Source: an uncultured Solirubrobacterales bacterium (GTDB lineage Bacteria > Actinomycetota > Thermoleophilia > Solirubrobacterales > 70-9). Taken from it: a stretch of 64,000 nt of DNA. Each line of letters begins with the position of its first letter. Position 1 is the first letter of the stretch. The position numbers and the translations under genes were made by a program. Shown here one piece after another: positions 26,451-35,145 of this stretch. The notes beneath the pieces are model-generated. The model saw only the letters and a program-made list of their open reading frames with translations. It was not told the origin of the DNA and searched no databases. The stretch lies in the NCBI GenBank assembly GCA_963821025.1, contig CAWGCG010000003.1:1144931-1208930 (forward strand), given 5' to 3'.

Positions 26451-26782
26451 GAGCTCTGCGGCTCTCGCACCCAGGCGCTCGAGCTGACCTCGAGCGCCCG
26501 CCCGACGGCCGCCACCGCCGCCGGCGGGCGCAGGCGCACTGTCAATCTGCCGCCGCTGCGGTCGAGCTCAACCCGGCCATCCGCCCAGCCCGGCAGCGCC
26601 GCTTCGACCGCCGGCCCCGGTGGCAGACCGGAGGCGATCGCCACGGCGCCCGCCTCGGCGGCGCCGTCGGCGAGCGTCAGCGAGTAACCGGCGGCGAGCA
26701 GCTGCAGACAGACGAGGCCGGCGAGCACGATCGCCGGCACCGCCGCAAGCAGCTCGAGCGACGCCTGGCCGCGCTCATCCAT
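26447..26782 (-). CDS. TadE-like pseudopilin family protein
   Basis: The N-terminus MDERGQASLELLAAVPAIVLAGLVCLQLLAAG fits the TadE G-x4-E plus hydrophobic helix pattern. Confidence 0.65.
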   Translation of the reverse strand: MDERGQASLELLAAVPAIVLAGLVCLQLLAAGYSLTLADGAAEAGAVAIASGLPPGPAVEAALPGWADGRVELDRSGGRLTVRLRPPAAVAAVGRALEVSSSAWVREPQSS

Positions 26783-27125
26783 CGCTCGAGGTCCCCAGCG
26801 GCTCGAGCGCGGTACTCGCCTCGACGGGAATCGATGGGATGCCCGGCAACAACGCGGGAGCCTCGACCCGGACGCTCACCGGACCGCCGCTGTTCACCTC
26901 CGCATCGGTCTCGAGCCATCCGGGCAGGACGCTTCGTGCCGCGCGCTCGGGGTCGCCGCCGACGTGCGCGGCACGCGCTCCGGCGCGAGCAGCGTCAGCA
27001 GCGGTCCAGAGCGCGTAGCCGGCGACCGCGAACTGGGCGACGGCGAGCAGCAGACCGAGCGCGATCGGCACCACGGCGACCAGTTCGGCCGCCGCCTGGC
27101 CTCGCTGCTCGCCGGCACGACTCAT
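26775..27125 (-). CDS. TadE-like pseudopilin family protein
   Basis: The N-terminus EQRGQAAAELVAVVPIALGLLLAVAQFAVAG shows the same pattern. 8-nt overlap with the next gene. Confidence 0.7.
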   Translation of the reverse strand: MSRAGEQRGQAAAELVAVVPIALGLLLAVAQFAVAGYALWTAADAARAGARAAHVGGDPERAARSVLPGWLETDAEVNSGGPVSVRVEAPALLPGIPSIPVEASTALEPLGTSSDG

Positions 27126-27226
27126 CGGCCGAGCGTCGCATCGCGGACCTCACCCGGGGCGCGGGCAGCGTGTCAAAAGGCGGACGAGCCGCGAGGGGAT
27201 CGCGCACGCCGTCGGCCAGCGCTCAT

Positions 27227-27273
27227 GGTGGGGCGGAAAATGCCGGCTCAAGCGGCGAAATCCGTCCCACCCG
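27227..27273. repeat. 47-nt conserved stem-loop motif, copy 2
   Basis: 41/47 identical to 5602..5648. Lies in the 213-bp spacer upstream of the TadE operon, next to another hairpin GGGTCGG-N8-CCGACCC (27278..27299). Confidence 0.6.
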
Positions 27274-27338
27274 TGGGGGGGTCGGGTTGCCGTCCGACCC
27301 GTGGACTGGGCTCGGTCCGCCGCCGAGCACGGGTGTGC

Positions 27339-27692
27339 TCAGTAGCTCGCGCGCGCCTCGGTCCAGACCCGGACGATCCCGTAGATCGACAGCCCGAGCA
27401 CGGCGAGCCAGACGAGCAGTCCGGCGCCGGTCTCGGTCATCTCGTCGGCTCCCGCGATCATCAGCACGATCGCGCCGATCGCACCGACCAGGATCGCGCG
27501 CTGCCGCTCGGTGAGGCTGAAGTAGGTGAGGCGGTTCTGTCGGTAGATCTGGAACCCTGCGAAGCCGATCAGGGCGAGGAAGGTGAGGCTCATCGCGGCG
27601 ACGATCGCGCGCGCCGCGTTGTCGCCGCCCGGGACCACGGCGACGATCAGCGCCAGTACGGCGATGATCGCGATGTTGCGCGCAGTTCGCAC
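27339..27692 (-). CDS. Small integral membrane protein (hypothetical)
   Basis: 117 aa with four hydrophobic helices. No recognizable family motif. Confidence 0.5.
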   Translation of the reverse strand: MRTARNIAIIAVLALIVAVVPGGDNAARAIVAAMSLTFLALIGFAGFQIYRQNRLTYFSLTERQRAILVGAIGAIVLMIAGADEMTETGAGLLVWLAVLGLSIYGIVRVWTEARASY

Positions 27693-27717
27693 TCAGACGA
27701 AGGCTAACGGCGCGCGG

Positions 27718-27957
27718 TCACTTGGTCGTCATCACGACGACGCCGACCACGATCGCGGCGACGGTCGCCATCAGCCCGAGCGCGCCGAGCACCGCGTAGC
27801 AGGCCGCCTCGAGCGAGCGGCCGTCGCGGCTTGCTTCGCCGAACCGAGCCGCACCGAGGATCGCGAGCGAGAAGACCAGCGTCGTCCCCACCCCGGCGAT
27901 GAATGCAGCGACCACGGTCTGCCACAGCGCCTCGGTGTCGACGATCGTCGCGAGCAC
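27718..27957 (-). CDS. Small membrane protein (hypothetical, 2 TM)
   Basis: 79 aa with two hydrophobic helices. Sits 6 nt downstream of the PiT stop codon. Confidence 0.45.
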   Translation of the reverse strand: MLATIVDTEALWQTVVAAFIAGVGTTLVFSLAILGAARFGEASRDGRSLEAACYAVLGALGLMATVAAIVVGVVVMTTK

Positions 27958-27963
27958 GGTCGA

Positions 27964-29064
27964 TCAGGTGGCGGGGACCGGCTCGCCGTGGCGGATCCGC
28001 CGAGTGAAAGCGGCGACGATCAGCGCCACGCCGATCCCGGTGACGATCAGCGGCCCGACGGCGCCGGGGAAGAGGTCGGTGAACAGGTAAACGGCGGCTC
28101 CGATCGCGGCCGCGGCCGGGAGGGTGAGAAGCCAGGCGACGACGATGTTCCCGGCGACTCCCCAACGCACCGCCGAGAGCCGCTTGCCCGCTCCGGCGCC
28201 CATGACGCCACCGGCGATCACCTGGGTGGTCGACAGTGGATAGCCGAAGTGCGAGGAGGCGAGAATGACGGCGGCTCCGGCCCCCTGTGCGGAGAAGCCC
28301 TGGGCCGAGTCCATCTTGATGATCCGGGTGCCCATCGTCTTGATGATCCGCCAACCCCCGGTGTAGGTGCCGAGGGCGATCGCCGAGGCGGCCGAGATCA
28401 CCACCCAGGTGGGGACGTCGAACTCCGTCGCCGAGAGGTTGCCGTTGGCGATCAGCGCCAGGGTGATCACCCCCATCGTCTTCTGCGCGTCGTTGGTCCC
28501 GTGAGCGAGCGCCAGGAGCCCGCCCGAGAGCACCTGCCCGAGGCGAAAGCCTCGGGTGACCGGGCCGGGGCGCAACCTGCCGACGATCCGGTAGGCGATC
28601 ACGATCCCGACGCCGCCGACGACGAAGGCGAGCACCGGCGCGATCAACGCCGGGATCAGGACCTTGCCGAGCACGCCCTCGCCGAAGATCGCGTCGGCAC
28701 CCGCCGCCACCAGGGTCGAACCGACCACCCCTCCAATGAGCGCGTGCGAGCTCGACGAGGGAAGCCCGAAGTACCAGGTGATCAGGTTCCAGGCGATCGC
28801 CCCGACCAGCCCGGCGAAGATCACGGTCGTCGTGATCGCCAGCGGGTCGACGATGTCGGCGGCAACGGTGGCCGCGACCGCGATGGAGATGAACGCACCG
28901 GCGAAATTGAGCACCGCCGCGTAGGCGACCGCGATCCGCGGTGACATCGCCCGGGTCGAGATCGAGGTGGCGACCACGTTGGCGGTGTCATGGAACCCGT
29001 TGGTGAAGTCGAAGGCGAGCGCGGTCGCGACGACGATCCCCAGAATCAGGTCCGCCTCAGACAC
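27964..29064 (-). CDS. pit: Inorganic phosphate transporter, PiT family
   Basis: GFHDTANVVATSISTRA N-terminal and GTNDAQKTMGVI C-terminal PiT signature repeats. Confidence 0.9.
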   Translation of the reverse strand: MSEADLILGIVVATALAFDFTNGFHDTANVVATSISTRAMSPRIAVAYAAVLNFAGAFISIAVAATVAADIVDPLAITTTVIFAGLVGAIAWNLITWYFGLPSSSSHALIGGVVGSTLVAAGADAIFGEGVLGKVLIPALIAPVLAFVVGGVGIVIAYRIVGRLRPGPVTRGFRLGQVLSGGLLALAHGTNDAQKTMGVITLALIANGNLSATEFDVPTWVVISAASAIALGTYTGGWRIIKTMGTRIIKMDSAQGFSAQGAGAAVILASSHFGYPLSTTQVIAGGVMGAGAGKRLSAVRWGVAGNIVVAWLLTLPAAAAIGAAVYLFTDLFPGAVGPLIVTGIGVALIVAAFTRRIRHGEPVPAT

Positions 29065-29073
29065 GCGAACGGC

Positions 29074-29694
29074 TCACGCGTTCTTGATCACGATGCCTTC
29101 GAGGATGTGCGCTGCGGTCTCGGTCGCGTCCACCGCCCGCTCGAGCCGGAGGAAGATGTCGCGCCAGCGGATCACGAACATCGGGTCGATCCCGTTGGCG
29201 AACAGCGACGCGACCGCGTCGCGGTAGAGCCGGTCGCCCTCGTTCTCGAGCCGATGGATCTCGATCCAGTAGCCCTCCAGGTCCTTGAACCCACGCAGGT
29301 GCTCGAGCGCCGCCGCGAGCTGCTCGCACGACTTGACCAGCACCTCGGCCATCGCCAGCGACTGCTCCATCGGCGCCTCGATCCGGTAGAGGCCCATGAA
29401 GTCGGCGGTCTCCTCGATGTAGTCAACGATGTCGTCGAGCCGGGTCGCGAGACCGTAGATGTCGCCGCCGTCGATCGGGGTGACGAAGGTCGTGTTGACC
29501 CGTTGGACGATCGTGTGGGTGATCTTGTCGCCCTCCTGCTCGGCGAGCAGGATCTCGCGCGCGAGCCCGGCCTCGTCGGGCCAGCCCTCGAGCATCTCCT
29601 TGAGCAACCGAGCCGCGCGCACGGTGTTCTGGCCCGCCTGGCTGAAGAGGTCGAAGAAGACGCGGTCGCGTGGGACGAGCGAGGGCAGCGGCAC
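29074..29694 (-). CDS. DUF47 (PhoU-like) phosphate transport regulator, Pit accessory protein
   Basis: RDRVFFDLFSQAGQNTVRAARLL is a typical DUF47 N-terminus. Start set at GTG 29694 rather than the Arg/Cys-rich extension to 29757. Confidence 0.8.
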   Translation of the reverse strand: MPLPSLVPRDRVFFDLFSQAGQNTVRAARLLKEMLEGWPDEAGLAREILLAEQEGDKITHTIVQRVNTTFVTPIDGGDIYGLATRLDDIVDYIEETADFMGLYRIEAPMEQSLAMAEVLVKSCEQLAAALEHLRGFKDLEGYWIEIHRLENEGDRLYRDAVASLFANGIDPMFVIRWRDIFLRLERAVDATETAAHILEGIVIKNA

Positions 29695-29705
29695 GGCTCG
29701 CGAAA

Positions 29706-30773
29706 CTACCAGCCTTCGAGCACATCGGCGACCCGCTGCGCCGCATGCCCATCCCATTTCGGCGGTGCTTGCGAGCGGCGCTCAGACGACCTGGCCAGCA
29801 GCTGCGGGATCTCGCCGATTCGCTCCGGCGCCAGCCCGAGCAAGGTGTTGGTGCCGAGTCGAACCGTCACCGGACGCTCGGTGGCGTCGCGCAGGGTGAA
29901 GCAGGGCACCCCGAGGTAGGTCGTCTCCTCCTGGATCCCGCCCGAATCGGTCAGCACCGCGCCGGCATCGGCCTCGAGCGAGAGGAAGTCGAGGTAGCCG
30001 AGCGGGTCGATCAGCCCGACTCCCGGCGCCTGGCGGTCGCCGAGCATCTTGCGGGTCCGCGGATGGATCGGGAAGACCACGGGCATCTCGGCGGCGATCC
30101 GCTCGAGCGCGGACATCGTCGCTCCGAGCAGCGGTCCGTCCACGAGCGCCGGCCGGTGCAGGGTGACGAGCAGATAGGAGCCGGGCTCGACCCCGAGACG
30201 CGCCGCCGCGCCGCGCTCGCGAAAGCGCCGCTCCAGCGCCACCAGGGTGTCGATCATCGTGTTGCCGACGAACTGGTAGCGCTCGGCAGCGACCCCCTCG
30301 GCGGCGAGGTTCTCCTCGGCCTCGGCCGAGTGGCAGAACAGGGCTCGCGAGAGGTGGTCGGCGACGATCCGGTTGATCTCCTCGGGCATCGTGCGGTCGA
30401 AGCTGCGCAGCCCCGACTCGACGTGGCCGACGCCGATCCCGAGCTTCGCCGCGCAAAGCGCCGCCGCCAGAGTCGAGTTGACGTCGCCGGGCACGAGCAC
30501 GATCTCGGGGCGCTCGGCCCTGAGCACCGGCTCGAGTCGCTCCAGCACCCCGGCGGTCTGCTCGGCGTGGCTGCCGGAGCCGACCCCGAGCATGTAGTCC
30601 GGCTCCGGTACCCCGAGCTCGGTCAGGAAGACCTCCGACATCGCCCGGTCATAGTGCTGGCCGGTGTGCACGACCACCGAGTCGTCGGCGCCGAAGCGCT
30701 CGTGCGCAGCGGCGATCACCGGCGCCATCTTGACGATGTTCGGCCGGGTGCCGAGAACGTGCACGATCCGCAT
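29706..30773 (-). CDS. wecB: UDP-N-acetylglucosamine 2-epimerase (non-hydrolysing)
   Basis: MRIVHVLGTRPNIVKMAPV, HVESGLRSFD, and DSGGIQEETTYLGVPCFTLR. Confidence 0.9.
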   Translation of the reverse strand: MRIVHVLGTRPNIVKMAPVIAAAHERFGADDSVVVHTGQHYDRAMSEVFLTELGVPEPDYMLGVGSGSHAEQTAGVLERLEPVLRAERPEIVLVPGDVNSTLAAALCAAKLGIGVGHVESGLRSFDRTMPEEINRIVADHLSRALFCHSAEAEENLAAEGVAAERYQFVGNTMIDTLVALERRFRERGAAARLGVEPGSYLLVTLHRPALVDGPLLGATMSALERIAAEMPVVFPIHPRTRKMLGDRQAPGVGLIDPLGYLDFLSLEADAGAVLTDSGGIQEETTYLGVPCFTLRDATERPVTVRLGTNTLLGLAPERIGEIPQLLARSSERRSQAPPKWDGHAAQRVADVLEGW

Positions 30774-30830
30774 CGCTGGCCGCTCTATCCCTCGGGATCG
30801 AGCTCGAGCAGCTCGAGCCCGCGGCTCACC

Positions 30831-31112
30831 TCAGACGCACTCGTCGATCCGGCTCGCCAGCTCGAAGTCGTTCGCGGTCAGCCGGCCGGCCGAGTGGGTG
30901 GTGATCGTCACCTTGACCTCGTTCCAGGAGATCGCCAGGTCGGGATGGTGGCCCATGTCCTCGGCGGGGCCGGCGACCCGCCGCACGAACTCGACCGAGC
31001 CGACGAAGTCCCCGTTGTCGAAGCTCTTGGTGATCGCCTCGCCCTCCCGAGACCACCCCGGCAGCTCCCCGAGGCGGGCGTCGATGTCGGCGTCTTCGAG
31101 CAGGTCGGCCAT
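30831..31112 (-). CDS. 4a-hydroxytetrahydrobiopterin (pterin-4a-carbinolamine) dehydratase
   Basis: 93 aa with LPGWS, and HHPDLAISWNEVKVTITTHS, the PCD signature. Confidence 0.85.
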   Translation of the reverse strand: MADLLEDADIDARLGELPGWSREGEAITKSFDNGDFVGSVEFVRRVAGPAEDMGHHPDLAISWNEVKVTITTHSAGRLTANDFELASRIDECV

Positions 31113-31144
31113 GGTCGTGTCCTGACAACCTTATCCTCGATCGG

Positions 31145-32062
31145 GTGAGAATCGCCAGCCTGGTCCCCTCCTCGACCGAGGCGCTGTTCGCCCTCGGCCT
31201 CGGTGAATCGGTCGTCGCGGTCACCCACGAGTGCGATTACCCCGAGGCGGTGCTCGAGCTGCCGCGGCTGACCTCGAGCGTGATCCCCGCCGGGCTGACC
31301 GCGGCCCAGATCGACACCCGGGTGCGCGAGCTCACCGGTCGCGGAGAATCGCTCTATTCACTCGACGAGCCGCGCCTGGCCGAGGCCGCGCCCGACCTGA
31401 TCGTCACTCAGGCGCTGTGCGCGGTCTGCGCCGTCTCCTTCGACGACGTCCGCGCGGTCGCCGCGCGCCTGCGCGGCTCGCCGCGGGTGATCTCACTCGA
31501 CCCCGAGACCCTCGAGGAGGTCCTCGGTGACCTGGCGGAGCTGGCGCAGGCGTGCGCCGAGCCCGCCAGGGGCGAGCGCCTGCTCGCCGAGTTGCGCTCG
31601 AGGCTGCGGGCGGTCGGCGCCGCGGTCGCCGGGCGGCCGCGGCCGCGCGTGGCGGCGCTCGAGTGGCTCGACCCGGTCTACATCGGCGGTCACTGGGTGC
31701 CGGAGATGATCGAGCTCGCCGGCGGGGTCGACGTCCTCGGTCGGCCGGGGCGCAGGTCGCGGGTCGCCTCCTGGGAGGAGCTCGCCGCCTCGTGCCCCGA
31801 CGTGATCGTGGTCATGCCGTGCGGGATGTACGCCGATGAGGCCGCCGCGCAGGCGCGCGAGCACGCCGTCCGACTTGCCGCGCTCGGCGCCGAGCGGGTG
31901 GTCGCGGTCGATGCGGCGTCATCGTTCTCGCGGCCCGGGCCCCGGCTGGTCGACGGGGTCGAGCTGCTCGCCCACCTCCTTCATCCGAGCGCGGTGCGAG
32001 CGCCGGCGGGAATCGCCTTCGAGCAGCTGGGCCGGGCGATCGCCGCCGGCGCGCGGACCTAG
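31145..32062 (+). CDS. TroA/BtuF-like periplasmic-binding-protein fold protein without a signal peptide
   Basis: RIASLVPSSTEALFALGLGESVVAVTHECDYP and PDLIVTQALC are typical of cobalamin/siderophore binding proteins. The N-terminus has no hydrophobic leader. Confidence 0.65.
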   Translation: MRIASLVPSSTEALFALGLGESVVAVTHECDYPEAVLELPRLTSSVIPAGLTAAQIDTRVRELTGRGESLYSLDEPRLAEAAPDLIVTQALCAVCAVSFDDVRAVAARLRGSPRVISLDPETLEEVLGDLAELAQACAEPARGERLLAELRSRLRAVGAAVAGRPRPRVAALEWLDPVYIGGHWVPEMIELAGGVDVLGRPGRRSRVASWEELAASCPDVIVVMPCGMYADEAAAQAREHAVRLAALGAERVVAVDAASSFSRPGPRLVDGVELLAHLLHPSAVRAPAGIAFEQLGRAIAAGART

Positions 32063-32892
32063 ACGAAGCTCGGGGCGCTGGCATCGGCGGTCAGCAGCGC
32101 CGCGGCGATCGCGACCGCGCACAGGCCGACGATCCCGATCGCCTCGATCAGGTTGCGGTTCGACGCCCGACTGCGCTCGAGCGCGATCAACAGCAGCGCT
32201 GCGAGTGCGCCGCCGATCAGGCCGCCGAGGTGACCGCCGACGCTGATGTTGTTGGCGCCGAAGGTGAAGGCGAGGTTGAGGATGACGAAGAAGCCGATCT
32301 GCGAGGCGAGCTGGTCGAGGCCGCGATCGCGGGCGATCAGGAAGGCGGCCGACATCAGCCCGAAGATCCCGCCCGATGCGCCGACCGTGAGCTCGTCCGG
32401 GGTCAGCAACAGGGCCCCGAACGCTCCCGCCAGCACGGAGACGAAGTAGATCCCGAGAAAGCGGGCCGTGCCGATGGCCGGCTCGAGCAGCGTGCCGAGG
32501 ATGTAGAGGGCGAACATGTTCAGGCCGAGATGGATCAGCCCGGCATGCAGGAACGCCGAGGTGACGATCCGGTAGGGCTCGCCGCCGGCGACGCCGGCGG
32601 CGAACAGGCCACCCTCGGCGGTGATCCTGCCGCCGGCCGCGGTCGCCCCGGCGCCACCCGCGAGCTCGATCACGAACGCGGCGACGCAGAGCCCGATCAG
32701 GACGAAGGTGGCCGGCGCGTCGGAGCGCGTCGCGGCGCCGCGCGGGTCCCGCACCTCGGTCCGCTGGCGCGCGCATTCGGGACAGCGCATGCCGACCGGG
32801 GTCGAGGTCATGCAATCGGGGCAGATCGGCCGGTCGCAGTTCGAGCACGAGACGTTGGTCTCGCGCTGCGGATGTCGGTAGCAGGTGGCCAC
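32059..32892 (-). CDS. Rhomboid family intramembrane serine protease with N-terminal zinc ribbon
   Basis: CYRHP..CSNCDRPICPDC..CPEC zinc ribbon, catalytic GASGGIFG, and downstream GHLGGL histidine. Confidence 0.85.
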   Translation of the reverse strand: MATCYRHPQRETNVSCSNCDRPICPDCMTSTPVGMRCPECARQRTEVRDPRGAATRSDAPATFVLIGLCVAAFVIELAGGAGATAAGGRITAEGGLFAAGVAGGEPYRIVTSAFLHAGLIHLGLNMFALYILGTLLEPAIGTARFLGIYFVSVLAGAFGALLLTPDELTVGASGGIFGLMSAAFLIARDRGLDQLASQIGFFVILNLAFTFGANNISVGGHLGGLIGGALAALLLIALERSRASNRNLIEAIGIVGLCAVAIAAALLTADASAPSFV

Positions 32893-32923
32893 GCGGACGC
32901 CGGACTATAGGCAGGGTGATTGG

Positions 32924-33649
32924 TCAGTCCAGCGGAGCTTCGAGCAGCGGCCGGGTGGTCGGCTGGCGGCTGCCGCCGCGCGGCTCCCGGCTGACGAAGA
33001 CCTTCTCGCCGCCCTCGAGCGGCCCGGGGACCGCGGCGGTCGCGGTTCCGTCGCTTTCGAGCACGAACGTCCCGCGCGGCTCGAGCACTCCGGCGCGCTG
33101 GACCCAGACCTCATAGACCTCGTCGCGGTCGATCGCCGGGAGCTCCTGCACGTTCAAGATCGCCGAGTCGCCGGTGCGCTCGAGCGTCGCCGAGACCGCG
33201 ACCGCGTCGCCGATCGGCTCTGCCTTGACCACCTGCGACCCGGTTTCGACCGTATCGGTGCCGCGCAGCAGGTAGCCGCCCGCGACGCCAACCGTGAGCA
33301 CGATCAGCGCAGCCATCCCGACCGCCGGGCGAACGACCAGCGTCCGCAGCGACTCCCACCAGGCGACGCGACGCGGCTCGGGCTCGCTCGCCGGAGGCGC
33401 GGTGGCCTCCGCCCTCACGGTCTCCATCAGGCTTGCGCGGAGGCTGTCCGGCGGCGTTCGCTGCTCGACCGACGCCGGTAGCAGATCGACCGCCGGGCGC
33501 AGCCACTCGACTCGCTCGCGACACTGCTCACACCCCTCGACATGGCGTTCGAGCTCACCCTGCTCGTCATGATCGAGGGCGCCGAGCGCGTAGGCGGCGA
33601 GGTCGTCGTGCAGGCGTTCGCCGTCGGCGTGCCAGTCGCGGCGGCTCAC
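32924..33649 (-). CDS. Anti-sigma factor (zf-HC2 N-terminus, RskA-like C-terminal domain)
   Basis: HVEGCEQCRERVEWL zinc-binding anti-sigma motif, central TM helix, and C-terminal EVYEVWVQRAG RskA-like segment. 4-nt overlap with the sigma gene. Confidence 0.75.
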   Translation of the reverse strand: MSRRDWHADGERLHDDLAAYALGALDHDEQGELERHVEGCEQCRERVEWLRPAVDLLPASVEQRTPPDSLRASLMETVRAEATAPPASEPEPRRVAWWESLRTLVVRPAVGMAALIVLTVGVAGGYLLRGTDTVETGSQVVKAEPIGDAVAVSATLERTGDSAILNVQELPAIDRDEVYEVWVQRAGVLEPRGTFVLESDGTATAAVPGPLEGGEKVFVSREPRGGSRQPTTRPLLEAPLD

Positions 33650-34260
33650 GGCAACGCCTCCGAGGGGCCTTCGATGCCCATCCGCTCGGCGAGCGTGGCC
33701 CTGATCTTTTCCAGCCCCAGTCGCATCCGTCCTTTCACGGTACCCAGCGGCATCCCCAGCATCTCGGCGATCTCCGAGTGGGTGAAGCCGCCGAAGTAGG
33801 CCAGCCCGATCACCTCCGACTGCTCGGAGGGGAGCTCGCGCAACGCACCGCGCACCCGGCTCGCGGTGTCCCTGCGGATCGCCTCCGTCTCGGTGAGCTC
33901 GCCCGACTCCTGGGTCTCGAGCACCGCCTCGTCGTCGAAGTCGAGCTTCGGCGCCGAGCTCGAGGACCGGCGCAGCGCGTCGATCGCACGGTTTCTGACT
34001 ATCCCCAGGGTCCAGGAGCGGACGCTGCCGCGGGCGGTGTCGAAGCGCGCGCCGCTGCGCCAGACCGAGAGGAAAGCCTCCTGGGTCACCTCCTCGGCAG
34101 AGCCGGGGTTGCCGACGATCCGGTGGGCGAGCGAGTAGGCCGCACCGCCGTGGCGGTCATAGAGCACCGCGAAGGCGTCGGCGTCGCGGCGCTCGACCAG
34201 GGTCATCAGGTCCTCATCAGCGAGGCGCTGAAGCGCTTCCGGTGTCATCTTTCGGCTCAT
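33646..34260 (-). CDS. ECF RNA polymerase sigma factor (SigK-like)
   Basis: Region 2 EEVTQEAFLSVWR and region 4 SEVIGLAYFGGFTHSEIAEMLGMPLGTVKGRMR. Start at the internal ATG (MSRKMTPEAL). Confidence 0.85.
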   Translation of the reverse strand: MSRKMTPEALQRLADEDLMTLVERRDADAFAVLYDRHGGAAYSLAHRIVGNPGSAEEVTQEAFLSVWRSGARFDTARGSVRSWTLGIVRNRAIDALRRSSSSAPKLDFDDEAVLETQESGELTETEAIRRDTASRVRGALRELPSEQSEVIGLAYFGGFTHSEIAEMLGMPLGTVKGRMRLGLEKIRATLAERMGIEGPSEALP

Positions 34261-34366
34261 CCGCTGCGGCGTGTCCTCACCCTTGCTACGCGCGCCCACC
34301 GGGCGTGGATCATCGCGTCCGCCGAGCCGAAGATAGTTGCTGCATGCCCCGACGGCGACCAAGGCG

Positions 34367-34792
34367 ATGACCGAGGCCACCCCGGCGAGGCTCTACTGCA
34401 CCCTGGTCGGCGCCGCGCTGGTGATCGCGGGGATCATCGGCCTCTTCTACTCCGCCGGCTTCGACAGCGGCGCCAACGGCGTGGCCAAGGACACCGAGGA
34501 CGCCCTCGGCGTCCTCGCGGTGAACGGCTGGCACAACATGCTCCACATCGGCCTCGGGGTGCTGGCGCTGTTCGCCGCCGGCAGCCGGTCGGCGGCGCGC
34601 GCCTATTGCCTCGCGGTCGGGCTCGCCTACGTGGTGCTCGCGCTCTGGGGATTCATCGACGGCGACGGGGTGATCCTCGGGCTCTTGCCGCTCGACGACG
34701 AGGACAACCTCCTCCACCTGATCCTCGGCCTCACCGGGGTGGCGGCGGGGGCGGCGACGCCGAGGCTGGCAGCGCGCCCTCAGCCGGCCTAG
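34367..34792 (+). CDS. DUF4383-like membrane protein
   Basis: VNGWHNMLHIGLGVLAL and NLLHLILGLTG motifs with four TM helices. Start uncertain (34337 or 34367). Confidence 0.55.
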   Translation: MTEATPARLYCTLVGAALVIAGIIGLFYSAGFDSGANGVAKDTEDALGVLAVNGWHNMLHIGLGVLALFAAGSRSAARAYCLAVGLAYVVLALWGFIDGDGVILGLLPLDDEDNLLHLILGLTGVAAGAATPRLAARPQPA

Positions 34793-34812
34793 CTAGAGGC
34801 GCCGTTCGCCCA

Positions 34813-35145
34813 TCAACGCAGTTCCCGGAACATGCGCCCGACAGTGTCGCGCAAGCCTCCGGGACGGCGGCGGCGGCGGACCTCGACCAGGACGAGCGCT
34901 CCGGCGGCCGCGCCGCCGACCGTGACCGCCGCCACCGGGCGGACCCAGTTGCGCGGATCGCGCAGCGCCTCGAGCTCGCCCTCGGAGAACTCGTCGGCCC
35001 AGCTCGAGAGCTCGGCCGCGGCTTGCGCCGCGATCGACGACAGGGTGGTCTGCAGCCGCGTCGCCAGGTCCTCGGGCGGATCGATCGGGCGCAGGGCGTC
35101 CGAGAGCAGGCGCTCGAAGTTGAGCTCGCCGGCTGCCTCACTCAT
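34813..35145 (-). CDS. Hypothetical protein, possible anti-sigma factor (one C-terminal TM helix)
   Basis: Overlaps the stop of the upstream ECF sigma gene by 8 nt. Single hydrophobic helix VAAVTVGGAAAGALVLV. No family motif recognized. Confidence 0.4.
   Translation of the reverse strand: MSEAAGELNFERLLSDALRPIDPPEDLATRLQTTLSSIAAQAAAELSSWADEFSEGELEALRDPRNWVRPVAAVTVGGAAAGALVLVEVRRRRRPGGLRDTVGRMFRELR

Noticed and set aside
32059-32062. Convergent binding-protein and rhomboid genes share overlapping stop codons (CTAG).
   Set aside because: It is real but trivial. Tail-to-tail 4-bp overlaps are common in compact genomes, and no functional implication can be supported.
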